A stretch of DNA of 64,000 bases, taken from the NCBI GenBank assembly GCA_022605425.2, contig CM061250.1, positions 372,001 to 436,000 on the forward strand. Direction: 5' to 3'. Origin of the DNA: Hamiltosporidium tvaerminnensis FI-OER-3-3. Its lineage: Eukaryota > Fungi > Microsporidia. A program made the translations under genes and the position numbers. Below, piece by piece: positions 40,435 through 51,601 of this stretch. Numbering within the stretch: position 1 is the stretch's first letter; the number at the start of each line of letters is the position of its first letter. Below the pieces are notes generated by a model, which was not told the DNA's origin, did not search any database, and saw nothing but the letters and a program-made list of their open reading frames with translations.

Positions 40435-40856
40435 TATATTTTAATCCAATATTTCGATTAAAAATTTGTTAAAAGATTCAGTTTTCCTTTTGAATATATT
40501 TTTATAAAAAAAGTACATTTCTCTTTAAATAAATTACCCTTAAGAATAGCTTGACAATTCCTTATAATAAATTATTGTGTAAAAACTTTAGTAATTCTAA
40601 CTGAATCTAATGTGTATTAATTTTGGTTTCAAACAAGTGAATCGAAGAGAAAATAAAATAAAATATTTATGTCTGAAAAATACGAGAAAAGAACAAATAA
40701 AACTTATTGGAAAAATATTGTGGTAAACATTTAGTTACAGATTTAGAGAAATGGATTCTTTATAAGAATTTTAGTCTATCTTTTTAGAAAATTTCTTTTT
40801 TATCAAATATTTATAATAAATAAAATATATTTCTATAAAAAATAACTTAAAATATC

Positions 40857-41583
40857 TTTATTGAAAAGTATCACATCTTTTTTAAAATAGTGGCAAGTGT
40901 TATAATTGTTTTCATGAAATTAACGCAGTTCTAGGTTTCACATAAATGACTGCTACCCCAAAACTCCATCAGTAACCCCTGCGATACCTACGTCCCAAAG
41001 CCTTTCATGTAAAAGGTATGAAGAACCTATTTGATAGGTGAGTCAGTTGCCCGGAGTTCGTTAATGTCCGTTGCATGGAGTGTGATCATAGGCCGAAGCC
41101 CCACCTGGGCTCCCCCAAGACTATGCAGCATTCCCACTTACTCTACACTTTCTAAACCCAATAAACTTCTAGCTAAGATATATTTCAGCGACTTACATGA
41201 GGTCTATCTAGGCAGTGCAATGTCATACCAACAGGTATAATCTGCTACTAACTCTCCCGGCTTTTAATGGTTTTTTGTTTTGTATCTCCCAGGCGCCAAG
41301 TCTTCTAACCCGAGTGAGCAAGGCTAGGTTTCCATGTTTTTACACGGCAATTACCTACATGTTCAGCTGCGGTCTGCACTCCGGTTACATAGAAAACTAC
41401 AAATAAATCTGTAGAAAAAGTTTCTCCATTTCTTAGACCTCTCCTCCTCATAACAACTCCCATGGAACAACCGAAGATGTAGTGTGGTGTATTACCACCA
41501 AAAATCCAAACAATGACCTCACACCAGTTTCACACGCTCATTTCCAAGCAAAAAGTTTTTTTTTGTGGTTATCCTCCCTCACC
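40857..41583 (-). mobile_element. ~725-nt SINE-like structured repeat, copy E
   Basis: Full-length homologue of C, D and F. No clear TSD. Confidence 0.9.
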
Positions 41584-41844
41584 GTAAATTTATTTTGCAT
41601 AAAAATTAAATATTACTTTTACATCTAAATTAGTTTAATTAGGAATAAATTTGTATTATTTACTTCTTTAATTTGTTCAAATTTTTTCCATAAATACTTC
41701 TATTTAAAAGAAACATGAGTTTTTAAATTATCTGAAAATAAATTGACAAATTTAATCTTCATAATTAAATAATTAGAATTTTTTTCAGTTAAAAAATTAA
41801 GATATGAAAAAGGAAATTTCAGAAACCAATTTAAAAATAAATTT

Positions 41845-42870
41845 TTATTCAATTATCTTGATACCTGGTCCTTGATTGAGATCGACAACATGAACATATT
41901 TAAATGTTTTCTTCCATGTCTGAACAATATCGTTTACACTACTTTCTGGTACCAGGCACCATGTACAGTCTTCTCCTCCAGAACCCGACACACCACATCC
42001 ATAAATATTCATGTCCGAAGTATCCATTAGAGCTTTATACTGTCTATTTGGTACAATTTTGTCGCTCAAATGCCTCAAAGCTACCAAATATTTAAAATAT
42101 AAATCTTTTAAACCCGAATAGTCAGAATATTCCTGCGCTGTAAAATTTAACCGATCTAGAATTACATTATTGATGTTTATCACTCGATTCCAGTCCGCAT
42201 TTATTATTTCTTCTTTATTAATCATTTCTCTTGTCGAAGTAGAAGATCCAAATGATCCCAAAACTATCTTTGCCATTTTCCCTTTAAACGGTTTATATGT
42301 GAGAGGAGAGTATATCAAACTACCCTCTACACAGCAGACTACATCACATCCAGATGCTTTGGGATTCATTATTTTATTTATATCGTAACACAATTTACTT
42401 AAATTATGTATTTTACTTAAATCGTAATCCACCAATCCAAAGACAATGCCAACTAAGTAACAAGCAGAAGATCCAAGACCTGTTTTGATAGATTCTTCAA
42501 TAAATCTGCCTTTCGTTACAAAAAAACCTTCGTCAAATTTCATTTCATAAAAAATACTATTTTCAGGTATTTTTTTAGTCAAATTATAAAATAAATTAAT
42601 AATTCGTAAAAAATATAGAGAAGGGTTTCCATTTATAGAAATTGGTATAAATTCTTTACCGTTATATTCCGCATATAAGTAATCTGTAAATTCCGTTTTA
42701 ATTAGAATTGTTGGTTTTACAGATTTATAGATACTTCTTTCAATGTATAAACCACATGAGGTTGTTATACAGATACATAATTCTCCTTTTAATACTATGT
42801 AACCACCGTTAGTTATTATTTTCCCAGAAATTTTATATTTTTTTAAATCTATTTTTTCTTCCTTTTCCAT
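41845..42870 (-). CDS. ERG8: phosphomevalonate kinase (ERG8-type GHMP kinase)
   Basis: SGKIITNGGYIVL (cf. PGKxLLAGGYLVL), ATP loop KTGLGSSA, SGCDV and GSGGED. The ATG at 42870 is preceded by CCC (ATATCCCTATCATG), so it is preferred over the track's TTG start. Confidence 0.85.
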   Translation of the reverse strand: MEKEEKIDLKKYKISGKIITNGGYIVLKGELCICITTSCGLYIERSIYKSVKPTILIKTEFTDYLYAEYNGKEFIPISINGNPSLYFLRIINLFYNLTKKIPENSIFYEMKFDEGFFVTKGRFIEESIKTGLGSSACYLVGIVFGLVDYDLSKIHNLSKLCYDINKIMNPKASGCDVVCCVEGSLIYSPLTYKPFKGKMAKIVLGSFGSSTSTREMINKEEIINADWNRVININNVILDRLNFTAQEYSDYSGLKDLYFKYLVALRHLSDKIVPNRQYKALMDTSDMNIYGCGVSGSGGEDCTWCLVPESSVNDIVQTWKKTFKYVHVVDLNQGPGIKIIE

Positions 42871-43832
42871 GATAGGGATATCCAATTTTTAAAAAAGAAA
42901 AACGAAATATAGAAATAGAAATATAATTTGGAAAGGAAATATAAGTTAGAAATGGAAATATAAGTTAAAAATGGAAATAAAGTTAGAAAAGGAAATATAA
43001 TTAAAAATTAATTTAAATTATAAATTTGAATAAATTATTTGTGAAGATATTAGAAGAAATTAAAATATGAAAAGCAATTTAAATTGAATTTGAATAAATT
43101 ATTTGGTAAGATATTAGAAGAAATATAATTTAAAAGCAATTTTAATTGATTTGGGAATTATTATAAATAGAAATGTTTTTAGGAACATTAAAAGAAATAC
43201 TAGAAGAAATATTTTACAAAATAATAAAAATATTTTTTTTAATTAAATTTAATTTAATTTTTATAAAAGAAAAGAAATTTTTTAATTTATCAAATATAAA
43301 CGATCAAAATAAAATCAAAATATAAAATATACACTTAAAATACGTTTCAATTTACCTTTTATACTTTTTTAATTTATCAAATAAATTATATTTTGTAAAA
43401 ATAGAAATAAAGGATTTCATATGAGAATAAAAGGATAAAGAAGAGATTAGAAAGGTTTAGAATTTGTAAATTTTTTTTAGAAAAATATTTTTTTTATTTT
43501 GAAATTCTTTTTTTTTAATATTTTTATTACCAAGAAATCATTTTTTTATTTTAAATTCCTTCTAATATTTTATTACCCAGAAATTCTTTTTTAAAATTTT
43601 AATTACCAAGAAATTCTTTTTAATATTTTAATTACCAAGAAATCATTTTAAAATTTTAAAATTTTTTTTATATTTTTCTTGCCAAGAATCATTTTTTAAT
43701 TTTTTTATTTCTAGAAATTCTTTTTTAATATTTTTTTATTTCCAATCCAAAATTCTTTCTACAACAAAAATTTCTAAATTTAAAATCCTTAGTATATTAA
43801 AAGAACCTCTCTTTATCATTATTTTTCTTATT

Positions 43833-44534
43833 TCAATTTCTTCTAAGATTTCTTTTATTTAATATTTTTTTTGCTAAAACACTAATTCTCTTTCCTTTAA
43901 AAACACTGTTATGCAAACTCAAGGCAATACGAACATTTTCCTTTTTACTAAACTCAATATAAGCCATTCCTTTACTTCTATTTTTATAATTTTTAGAAAT
44001 TGAAATATTTTTAATTTCACCGCAACTCGAAAAATATTTGATTAAATCCTCTTTTTTAATTAACGAATCAAAATTTTTCACAACAACAGAATTCTCATTT
44101 TTATAATCAAATATTTTCTCTGTTTTATTTTCTTGCATTTTTTGTAGTTTAAGTATTTCTAACTCGGAACTGTTTTCATTTCCTTGTATTTCTTCTTCTT
44201 GTGGCTGTGGTTGTACTTTTAATTCTTCTCTTTGTATTTCTTCTTTTGGTAATTGAATCCCTTCAATGGATTGTAGTTCTTCTCTTTTAATTTCTTCTTG
44301 TCGTGGTTGTATTTCATTTTCTTGCATTTGTTTTTCATTCTGTTCTTTACATTCTTCTTTGATTTCTTCTTTACATTCTTCTTTTATTACTTCTTTTATT
44401 TCTTGTTTTTCAGTCTTATCTTTACTTTCTTCTTTGCTTTCCTCTTTTATTTCTTCTTTACTCTTCTCTCTACTCTCTTCTAAATACTCAGTTTTATTTA
44501 AATTTTCATCAGAAGAACTGTTTTTAATTGCCAT
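43833..44534 (-). CDS. RRM RNA-binding protein, PABP2/PABPN1(Sgn1)-like, with Glu/Lys/Gln-rich low-complexity N-terminus
   Basis: RNP2 SVVVKNF, FSSCGEI, RNP1 KGMAYIEF and ALSLHNSVFKGKRISV. Start placed at MAIKN, preceded by the CCC motif TTTACCCTTTCAATG. Confidence 0.8.
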   Translation of the reverse strand: MAIKNSSSDENLNKTEYLEESREKSKEEIKEESKEESKDKTEKQEIKEVIKEECKEEIKEECKEQNEKQMQENEIQPRQEEIKREELQSIEGIQLPKEEIQREELKVQPQPQEEEIQGNENSSELEILKLQKMQENKTEKIFDYKNENSVVVKNFDSLIKKEDLIKYFSSCGEIKNISISKNYKNRSKGMAYIEFSKKENVRIALSLHNSVFKGKRISVLAKKILNKRNLRRN

Positions 44535-44812
44535 TGAAAGGGTAAATGTAACGGAAATATAATCATTAGTTTTAAGTGTAAAGAAAGTCTTTAAGTTGTA
44601 AAAATTGATATAATAAAAATAAATCATCATTGAAATTACTTGGATTCAAAAAATCGGTATTTTAATTTGGATACGTTGATGTGGATCAATACAAATTAAT
44701 AATTAAATTGATTTGTGAAATTATTTATCTGAAAACTTTTTCTTTTCGCTACAAATTTTTATTAAAAATATCATTTTATTTTATAAAAAAGTATATGTTA
44801 TAATGTTTTAAT

Positions 44813-45543
44813 GGTGGAGGGAGGATAACCACATAAAAAACTTTCTGCTTGGCAATGAGTGTGTGAAACTGGTGTGAGATCATTGTTTGGATTTTTGGCG
44901 GGAATAAAACCACACTACATCTTTGGTTGTTCCATGGGAGTTGTTATGAGGAGGAGAGGTCTAAGAAGTGGAGAAACTTTTTCTACGAATTTATTTGTAG
45001 TTTTTTATGTAACCAGATTGCAGACCGCAGCTGAACATGTAGGTAATTGCCATGTAAAAGCATGGAAACCTAACCTTTCTCACTCGGGTTAGAAGACTTA
45101 GCGCCTGGGAAATACAAAAATAAAACCGATTAAAAGCCGGGAGAGCTAAGTAGCAGGTTATACCTGTTGGTATGACATTGCACTGTCTAGGTGGACCCCA
45201 TGTAAATCTCTGAAATATATCTTAGATAGAAGTTTATTGGGTTCAGAAAGTGTAGAGTAAGTGGGAATGCTGCATAGTCTTGGGGGAGCCCAGGGGGGGG
45301 CTTCGGCCTTCGATCACACTCCATGCAACGGACATTAACGAACTCCGGACAACTGCCTCGCCTAGTAATTAGGCTCTACACACCTGGTAGATGAAAGGCT
45401 TTGGGACGTAGGTATCGCAGGGTTTACTGATGGAGTTTTGGGGTAGCAGTTATTTATGTTAAACCTGGAACTGCGTTAATGTCATGAAAACAAATATAAC
45501 ACTTGCCACTGTTTTAAAAAAGATGTGATACTTTTAAATAAAG
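44813..45543 (+). mobile_element. ~725-nt SINE-like structured repeat, copy F (reference orientation GGTGGAGGG...AATAAAG)
   Basis: Its 5' ~530 nt is essentially identical to copy D (the incidental 77-aa ORF is identical). No clear TSD. Confidence 0.92.
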
Positions 45544-48500
45544 TTTTGTTTAAGAAGAACTTTTAACCAAAGTGTAAATTTTGTTAATTATTTTGATATT
45601 TTTTATTTTTTTGAAGTTGGATTTAGATATTCTAAATCACCGATAAACTTTTTGTGAAATATACAGCTATATTTAACAACTGAATTTTAAGAATAACTTT
45701 CACTAACAAAATCCCTTTTTGACAAGAAAAAAGATTTCCTTGTTAATATTTGTTATGTAGGATTTTGATTTGAATATTTTCATATGATAAGAGCTTGCAT
45801 TAGATACAGTTGATTAAACAAGGATTTATGGTATTTGAAGGTTGAATGTAACTTGGATAGTATGTTGGAAAGTACTCACATTTTACTTTTTATTCTTTAT
45901 GTTTAATTTCTATGTTTTATAGCGTAATTTCATACATCACGTAATTATTTATTTTATAAAAAGTTGAGAATTCTTCGAATTGAATTAAGGATATCTATCA
46001 AACGAAATTGATAAATTTATGGCCTTTTTACCCTACTTCCGGAATTTTAAGCTTTTCTATTACATAATAATTTGATGAGGATTTATTGATTATATGAGTT
46101 TGACTTAAATTTCATTTGGTTAACATATTATTATAAACTATGTGTCAATATTCACTTTATCTGGAAATGTTTGAAGTAAGCATTGATGTACTTTTTAATT
46201 GTGATTTAAATATAATTTTCAATTTGTTTTTTCAGTGCGGATACATTTTTTGCGAGGAATGATAGGAAAATATAATAAAAAGCTTTAGAATAACTTAATT
46301 AATGAAAATGATTCATATAACTAATACATAAAAGCCCCAAGTATTATTTTAGAAGGATTTATACAAACTTAACTTTCTGTTTAAAATAAGAATTTTACTT
46401 TAAGCCTGCAATTTTATTTGACAATCAAATATCTTTATATTCAGATTAGAAATCGATATAAAGAAAGGAAACCGCCATACTTCGAATAAGTCTAATAATG
46501 TATACTTCGAATCATATTTTTCACTGCCAGAAAGGGATCCATGTTTTATAAAAGGTTAACTATAATACACAAAATTCATTTTCGAAAAAATTCAAAAAAT
46601 GGAGGTAAAATGCAACGTTTGCACAGTTCAAATTTATATATGGTTTAATCTCTCCGAGTTATAAAAGCACGGAACGATGATGTAATTTCAGGAATGATTT
46701 TTTAAAACCTAGAAATTATATAAATCTTACAATTATTTACAACCGTTTTATTGCAGTGAAATTTGATACGTGGCTTATAGAAGCAGTATGATTCAAAAAA
46801 AGCCCATTCGTGAAATTTTTTAAACAACGGTATTTCAGAAAAGTGTAATAGAAGTTATTTTCTCAAATAATTCATAATCTATTGTCCTTGGGTGGATGAA
46901 AAAATAAAGTGCTTTTATGTTTTTTTATCTATATTTAACAAATTATTTCAAATCATAAAGCCGATGGAGGGAGCAAACATAATTACTATCTGACTTAAGT
47001 ACTTTGGAGCACACCGAGTCAAAAGAGAAATTTTCATATTTAAATAAAGAATTAAAAGTTAGACGCGCAATAAGATGCGACTTGTTCCCTGATTAACGTC
47101 TTACTATTTATACACCTTTTAAAACATGAATTACTTCAAAACCGTGCAAAAGACAAATTCTCGATAATCGAAAGAATAGATCCTGATAATAACCTTGTTC
47201 TATATTTAATAATTATGTTTAACATAATTTTTAAGCGATGAAGCCGTTGAGATACATTTATGGTGCATAAAATAGTAATTTAAACTTTTCTATTCAAAAA
47301 ATTAAGCTTATATATTTAATTTAAAACAGTTATGGTCGGAAATACAAGAAAACTCACTTCTTTAAAAAATGAAAATCTTCGAATATTTTGCAAACGAAAA
47401 ACCGAGTTTTACATTCAACTTGTTCGATTTTTACAAATAAATTTAAAACTACACAAATACGAACATAGAATTTGAACTTTTTTCATGAAAAATATTGCAA
47501 GAATCTTCAAGGGCTTTAATAATCATTCATTTTGCTTTACTCTATACAAAGAGATCGTATTGTAATAAAGCAATCCACCACCGAAATAGCAACATTTAGC
47601 GCAATCATTATCTACTAAGATGGAGGAAATATAATCACATTAAAACGTACTGTTTGGCAGTGAATGTATATAATTAGTATGAAATCATTTTTTTTGGATT
47701 TTTAGATGATATAAACCCCGGCAATCTAGCGTCTAATCTCTCGTTATACCGAATTACAACAGATCAAAAGAATCAAATGGTCACTATAAGACAGTCTCTA
47801 AAACGATGCCTTGGTGTTTTATCAGGCATGACTTTTGTAACATAAAAAAAAGAGGTTTGACAGTAATACTAAGAGAAATTAGCGATCTTGGAATCGTTTG
47901 ACTCCTTTATTCCAGCTTTCTGCGAATGAAGAATAGATCCAAAAGATTCTTACATTGATGAAGGTCGGAATATACTAGCGTCTCATCCGTTCATCTACAC
48001 GTAGGAAGGCATGGGAGGGCTAGAATAGGCAAGTAAGCCTTTGCTATGAAATTTAAATGGCTCTGGTGATGTAATTTTGAGTAAATATTAAAGATTTTGG
48101 TTTAAAAAAAAATTTTACATTTCCTAAGGTTGCTTTTTAAGATTTGATTGTAATATTATAATATGTTTCATAGCTTATAATTCTAATTATGAAGAACGTG
48201 ATTCTGTCATATAAATACTGGATTTGTTTTATTCCAGTATAAAAGAGTCTAAAGAATATATTACTGAGTCTATGATGAGGATTCTTATACCTACATTTTA
48301 ATCTTTTTCATGTATCTATAAACATTTTGGAATAATGGAATCGGTAAAATAGTAGAGATATAGAAAATATAATCGTAAACGGTCATTATTTGTTTGATTC
48401 AATTATAATAAGAAATTTATGCTACTAATTTTATTGACCAATCCTAGGCATTATTATCAAAGAAGTTTGTTTATTTAAAGTCTCGCTACTCACTTGTGTT

Positions 48501-49066
48501 TATTTATTTCAATCAATGCACTAATAGATTGTATGATATTTTGTTTTCAAAATATACGGAAGGATAAGTATTGTTTTACTTCGAGCATAGATATTTCAAT
48601 TATTTATATATTTAGCGAATTCATACACGACTTAACAATATTTTTTTAGGTATTAATCTATAATAGATTGATTTAAACAAAGACTATACTATTAAAAAAC
48701 ATTAGATAAGTTTATACCTGTGTAATATAGCATTTAAATGGTTGAAAGTGTTTTACAATATCTTAATAGCATGTAATTACACTGTTATTATTTACAAATA
48801 TTAATGATTTATTTAATTTGAAAGAAACATTCAATATATTAATTAAAAAAAATTTTACATAATTAAATCAATTATACATAAATAGAAATAATAATTATTG
48901 CTAATTAGAGGGCCTAGGATTATAGAATTTATTTCATGTACGAATAACATTACAAAAACATAAAAGAATTCTTTAATCAAAATATATTTTTATCAAAATA
49001 ATAATTGTTTTTAATTTGAAGATAAAAACAATAAAACTGTATTTAATGAAACAGAAATTATCATCC

Positions 49067-51601
49067 ATGTATTTTCTACTTTTTTTAAAGAGTATACATA
49101 GCTCCTATAAATATTACGACAGGAATATAAATGGTGTCGAATATATGAGAAAGTCAAGATCGCTTAAAGAATCTTGGGTAGGATTACTATATGTTATAGG
49201 TTTAGGGTTTCTAGATATTGTAAATTGTGCGAGTAAATCAAAAAATGGAAATATTATTTTTGGACTCCTAGATTTGAATTGGGAAACGGGCATTTCTAAA
49301 AGCGAGCTTTCTAAAGTAAAATATTGGTTATCTCGTTCAAGTGAGAGTGAACAGCTTGGATTTTGCTCTGGTAAGCATAGATTTAAGTGTAACAATGTGA
49401 GCATGCCCAACCTAGTCTGTTCATTGAAAATATCCTACCGGAATCACAAGCCTTTACGTTCTTTTGAGGTCAATTACAAAGAAGACTGGAAGGTTCAATT
49501 TCGCGTTCTAAACAGATTTCTATTAAAAGATTTAGATAAGCCTTTCTTGTTTAATATTTCTATGGATGTAAATTGTCAAGAATTTGAAATGTTTGTTAAA
49601 AGTGTAACATTTGATCCAAGTTTTGCAGTCTTAAATATTGGGTATGACCTTTTTTATAGATTTTTAAGACTCTTTGATGCTTTGGATCCAATCAGTAGTA
49701 TAAATTTAAGTAAATTCTATTCTGATTTGCTAAGGAAATGTTTAATGGGAATAAGTTTCATTAATATCATGGCTGATCCTGAGCACTACATGGTAAGATA
49801 TTTTGAAGATAGGAATAGATCTCGGTCATTTATGCCCTTTTTTTCCGTTATAAGTGATTCAATAGACGCATGTTTTAATCCCGAAACTTCATATTTATCC
49901 TTATTTAAAAGAACAAAGCATTCTACCGATCAGTGCTTTAGGTACGCAATAAATGTTTCGAGATTAATTTTGAAAATTTCTATCAGTTCTCTAGAATTAC
50001 TCTTGTCCGGTTTTAAAGCAAACGAATGGTCTGTTTTTAATTGGCTTTTATCTGTAACGAAGATTTCTGGCTTCTGCATTGATGATACCGAGGTTACATG
50101 CAGTGAAATGAAAATACCCGGTGTATGTGACATTTTAAACCCCGAAACAACCATAAGAAGCGCTGTTCCTTCAAAAACAATATCACTCGGTTTCTTTTCA
50201 TTCTTAGCTGATACAAATGTGAAATCGATTCAATATTTGAAATTTGTAAATGTTGTTCCACCATTTGATTATTTAGATCAAAATATTAATAAGGCTTCTG
50301 TTTCATATTTTGAGGTTGCATATAGCTCAATCGAGGAATGCAACAGGATAACAGCTCTCTTACAGAAAATGTGGGAACCAAACGCATTCAAGTTAACCGG
50401 ATATAAAATGAATTTCGATGATATTAATCGAATTCTTTATTCCAATATAAAAATTTTAGTATTGAAAGAGTGCACATTGGATGTGGATACAGATTGGAAG
50501 CCTATAAGAGACCGAAAAGGTGAGTTTAAATTAATTGGCAGTCTAAAACAACTGAATATTTCTTCCTCTATATTTCCAGTATGCTTAGTTCAGCTTTTTT
50601 TGATGTCTGCGAAACTTGAAAATATATATCTTAATTCTTTGAAATTTACTGCTTGTCTATCTTTCGATCCATTTTCAAATACAAAAAGAAATTTGGATTG
50701 TCTTGAGGCTGATGAATACATCCCGAATGAGTGTTTAAATACATTTTTTACAGGCGAAATATCAGTAAATTCTCTGTATTTACGCGGAACGGCTGATTTT
50801 GAAAGCGTAAGATTCATTTTTGAATCTGTCAATCTACATAAATCGGTTAAGTACTTGAATTTGAGCAAAAACTCTTTAACAGTTGAACACCTGAATCTTA
50901 TTGCAAATTTCTATTGCCTAAAACGCCTAAGTTTGTCTAGAAGTCTTCCTTCATCGATGGAAGGACTAATTCACTCAAAGATCTTTGAAAATATAACTCA
51001 TTTGGATATATCACATAACGATATATTTTCACAAAACTCAGTTTACATAATCTGGTTTACAAATCTAAAGGCGCTTGATATGTCAAGTGTTAGGATTGGA
51101 TGTTATATTTTGAGTTCAATTCTTTCTGAAAAGCTGAAAAATTCTCTTAGTTACCTAGATATTTCGGGTGTCGATCTAAGTCTTGCGGATTTTAAATGTA
51201 TTTCTGAATGCAGAAATCTTAGAAATTTGATATTTAGCTATGGAAATAGTTGTCCACTGACTACATACAGTGATGTACTGAAAACAGCATATGTGCGAGA
51301 AAAATTAAGTATATTGCGTATTGAAACCACTGGTGATATTGATATTGATGATGTATTGTCTTTAGCCGACTTCGCTGATTTATCAGGAGTAAAAATTACA
51401 TGCCGAACAATCATTAATGAACGCAAAAGAGAACTCGTTGTTTTCAATTTTAAAAACCCAGAATTTCGAATCCAATTTGTTCTAAAAATATATTTTGTCG
51501 ATAAGTTTATCGAAGAAATATTCAATAATCTGTTTAAGCTTTGTTATTGCTCTTTTACGTATGAAAAATTTCTTCCCTGTATAAATTTTTCTGATTATTA
51601 A
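49067..51601 (+). CDS. lineage-specific leucine-rich repeat protein, possibly secreted or membrane-anchored
   Basis: C-terminal LRRs (VKYLNLSKN, LKRLSLSRS, ITHLDISHN, LKALDMSSV, LSYLDISGV) and hydrophobic N-terminal segments. Start MYFL chosen by alignment with the paralogue at 62909. Confidence 0.85.
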   Translation: MYFLLFLKSIHSSYKYYDRNINGVEYMRKSRSLKESWVGLLYVIGLGFLDIVNCASKSKNGNIIFGLLDLNWETGISKSELSKVKYWLSRSSESEQLGFCSGKHRFKCNNVSMPNLVCSLKISYRNHKPLRSFEVNYKEDWKVQFRVLNRFLLKDLDKPFLFNISMDVNCQEFEMFVKSVTFDPSFAVLNIGYDLFYRFLRLFDALDPISSINLSKFYSDLLRKCLMGISFINIMADPEHYMVRYFEDRNRSRSFMPFFSVISDSIDACFNPETSYLSLFKRTKHSTDQCFRYAINVSRLILKISISSLELLLSGFKANEWSVFNWLLSVTKISGFCIDDTEVTCSEMKIPGVCDILNPETTIRSAVPSKTISLGFFSFLADTNVKSIQYLKFVNVVPPFDYLDQNINKASVSYFEVAYSSIEECNRITALLQKMWEPNAFKLTGYKMNFDDINRILYSNIKILVLKECTLDVDTDWKPIRDRKGEFKLIGSLKQLNISSSIFPVCLVQLFLMSAKLENIYLNSLKFTACLSFDPFSNTKRNLDCLEADEYIPNECLNTFFTGEISVNSLYLRGTADFESVRFIFESVNLHKSVKYLNLSKNSLTVEHLNLIANFYCLKRLSLSRSLPSSMEGLIHSKIFENITHLDISHNDIFSQNSVYIIWFTNLKALDMSSVRIGCYILSSILSEKLKNSLSYLDISGVDLSLADFKCISECRNLRNLIFSYGNSCPLTTYSDVLKTAYVREKLSILRIETTGDIDIDDVLSLADFADLSGVKITCRTIINERKRELVVFNFKNPEFRIQFVLKIYFVDKFIEEIFNNLFKLCYCSFTYEKFLPCINFSDY

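Noticed and set aside
45067-45076. ACCUAACCU as a telomerase template for TTAGG repeats
   Set aside because: Copies A, C and E have CCUAGCCU instead, and the segment is sequestered in the UAGGU/ACCUA helix.
44859-45092. Recurrent 77-aa ORF (MCETGVRSLFG...), also at 37749, 32453 and partly 13243
   Set aside because: GTG start, no recognisable domain, and disrupted in copies A, E and G. Recurrence is explained by repeat identity, though a peptide is not formally excluded.
45424-45492. Hammerhead ribozyme (CUGAUG...GAAA) in the repeat
   Set aside because: The core reads CUGAUGG or CCGAUGG rather than CUGAUGA, and the three stems cannot be built.
44813-45543. Repeat as solo LTR, Helitron or MITE
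   Set aside because: No TG..CA ends or fixed 4-6 bp TSD, no CTRR 3' end and no TIRs. TSDs are long and variable.
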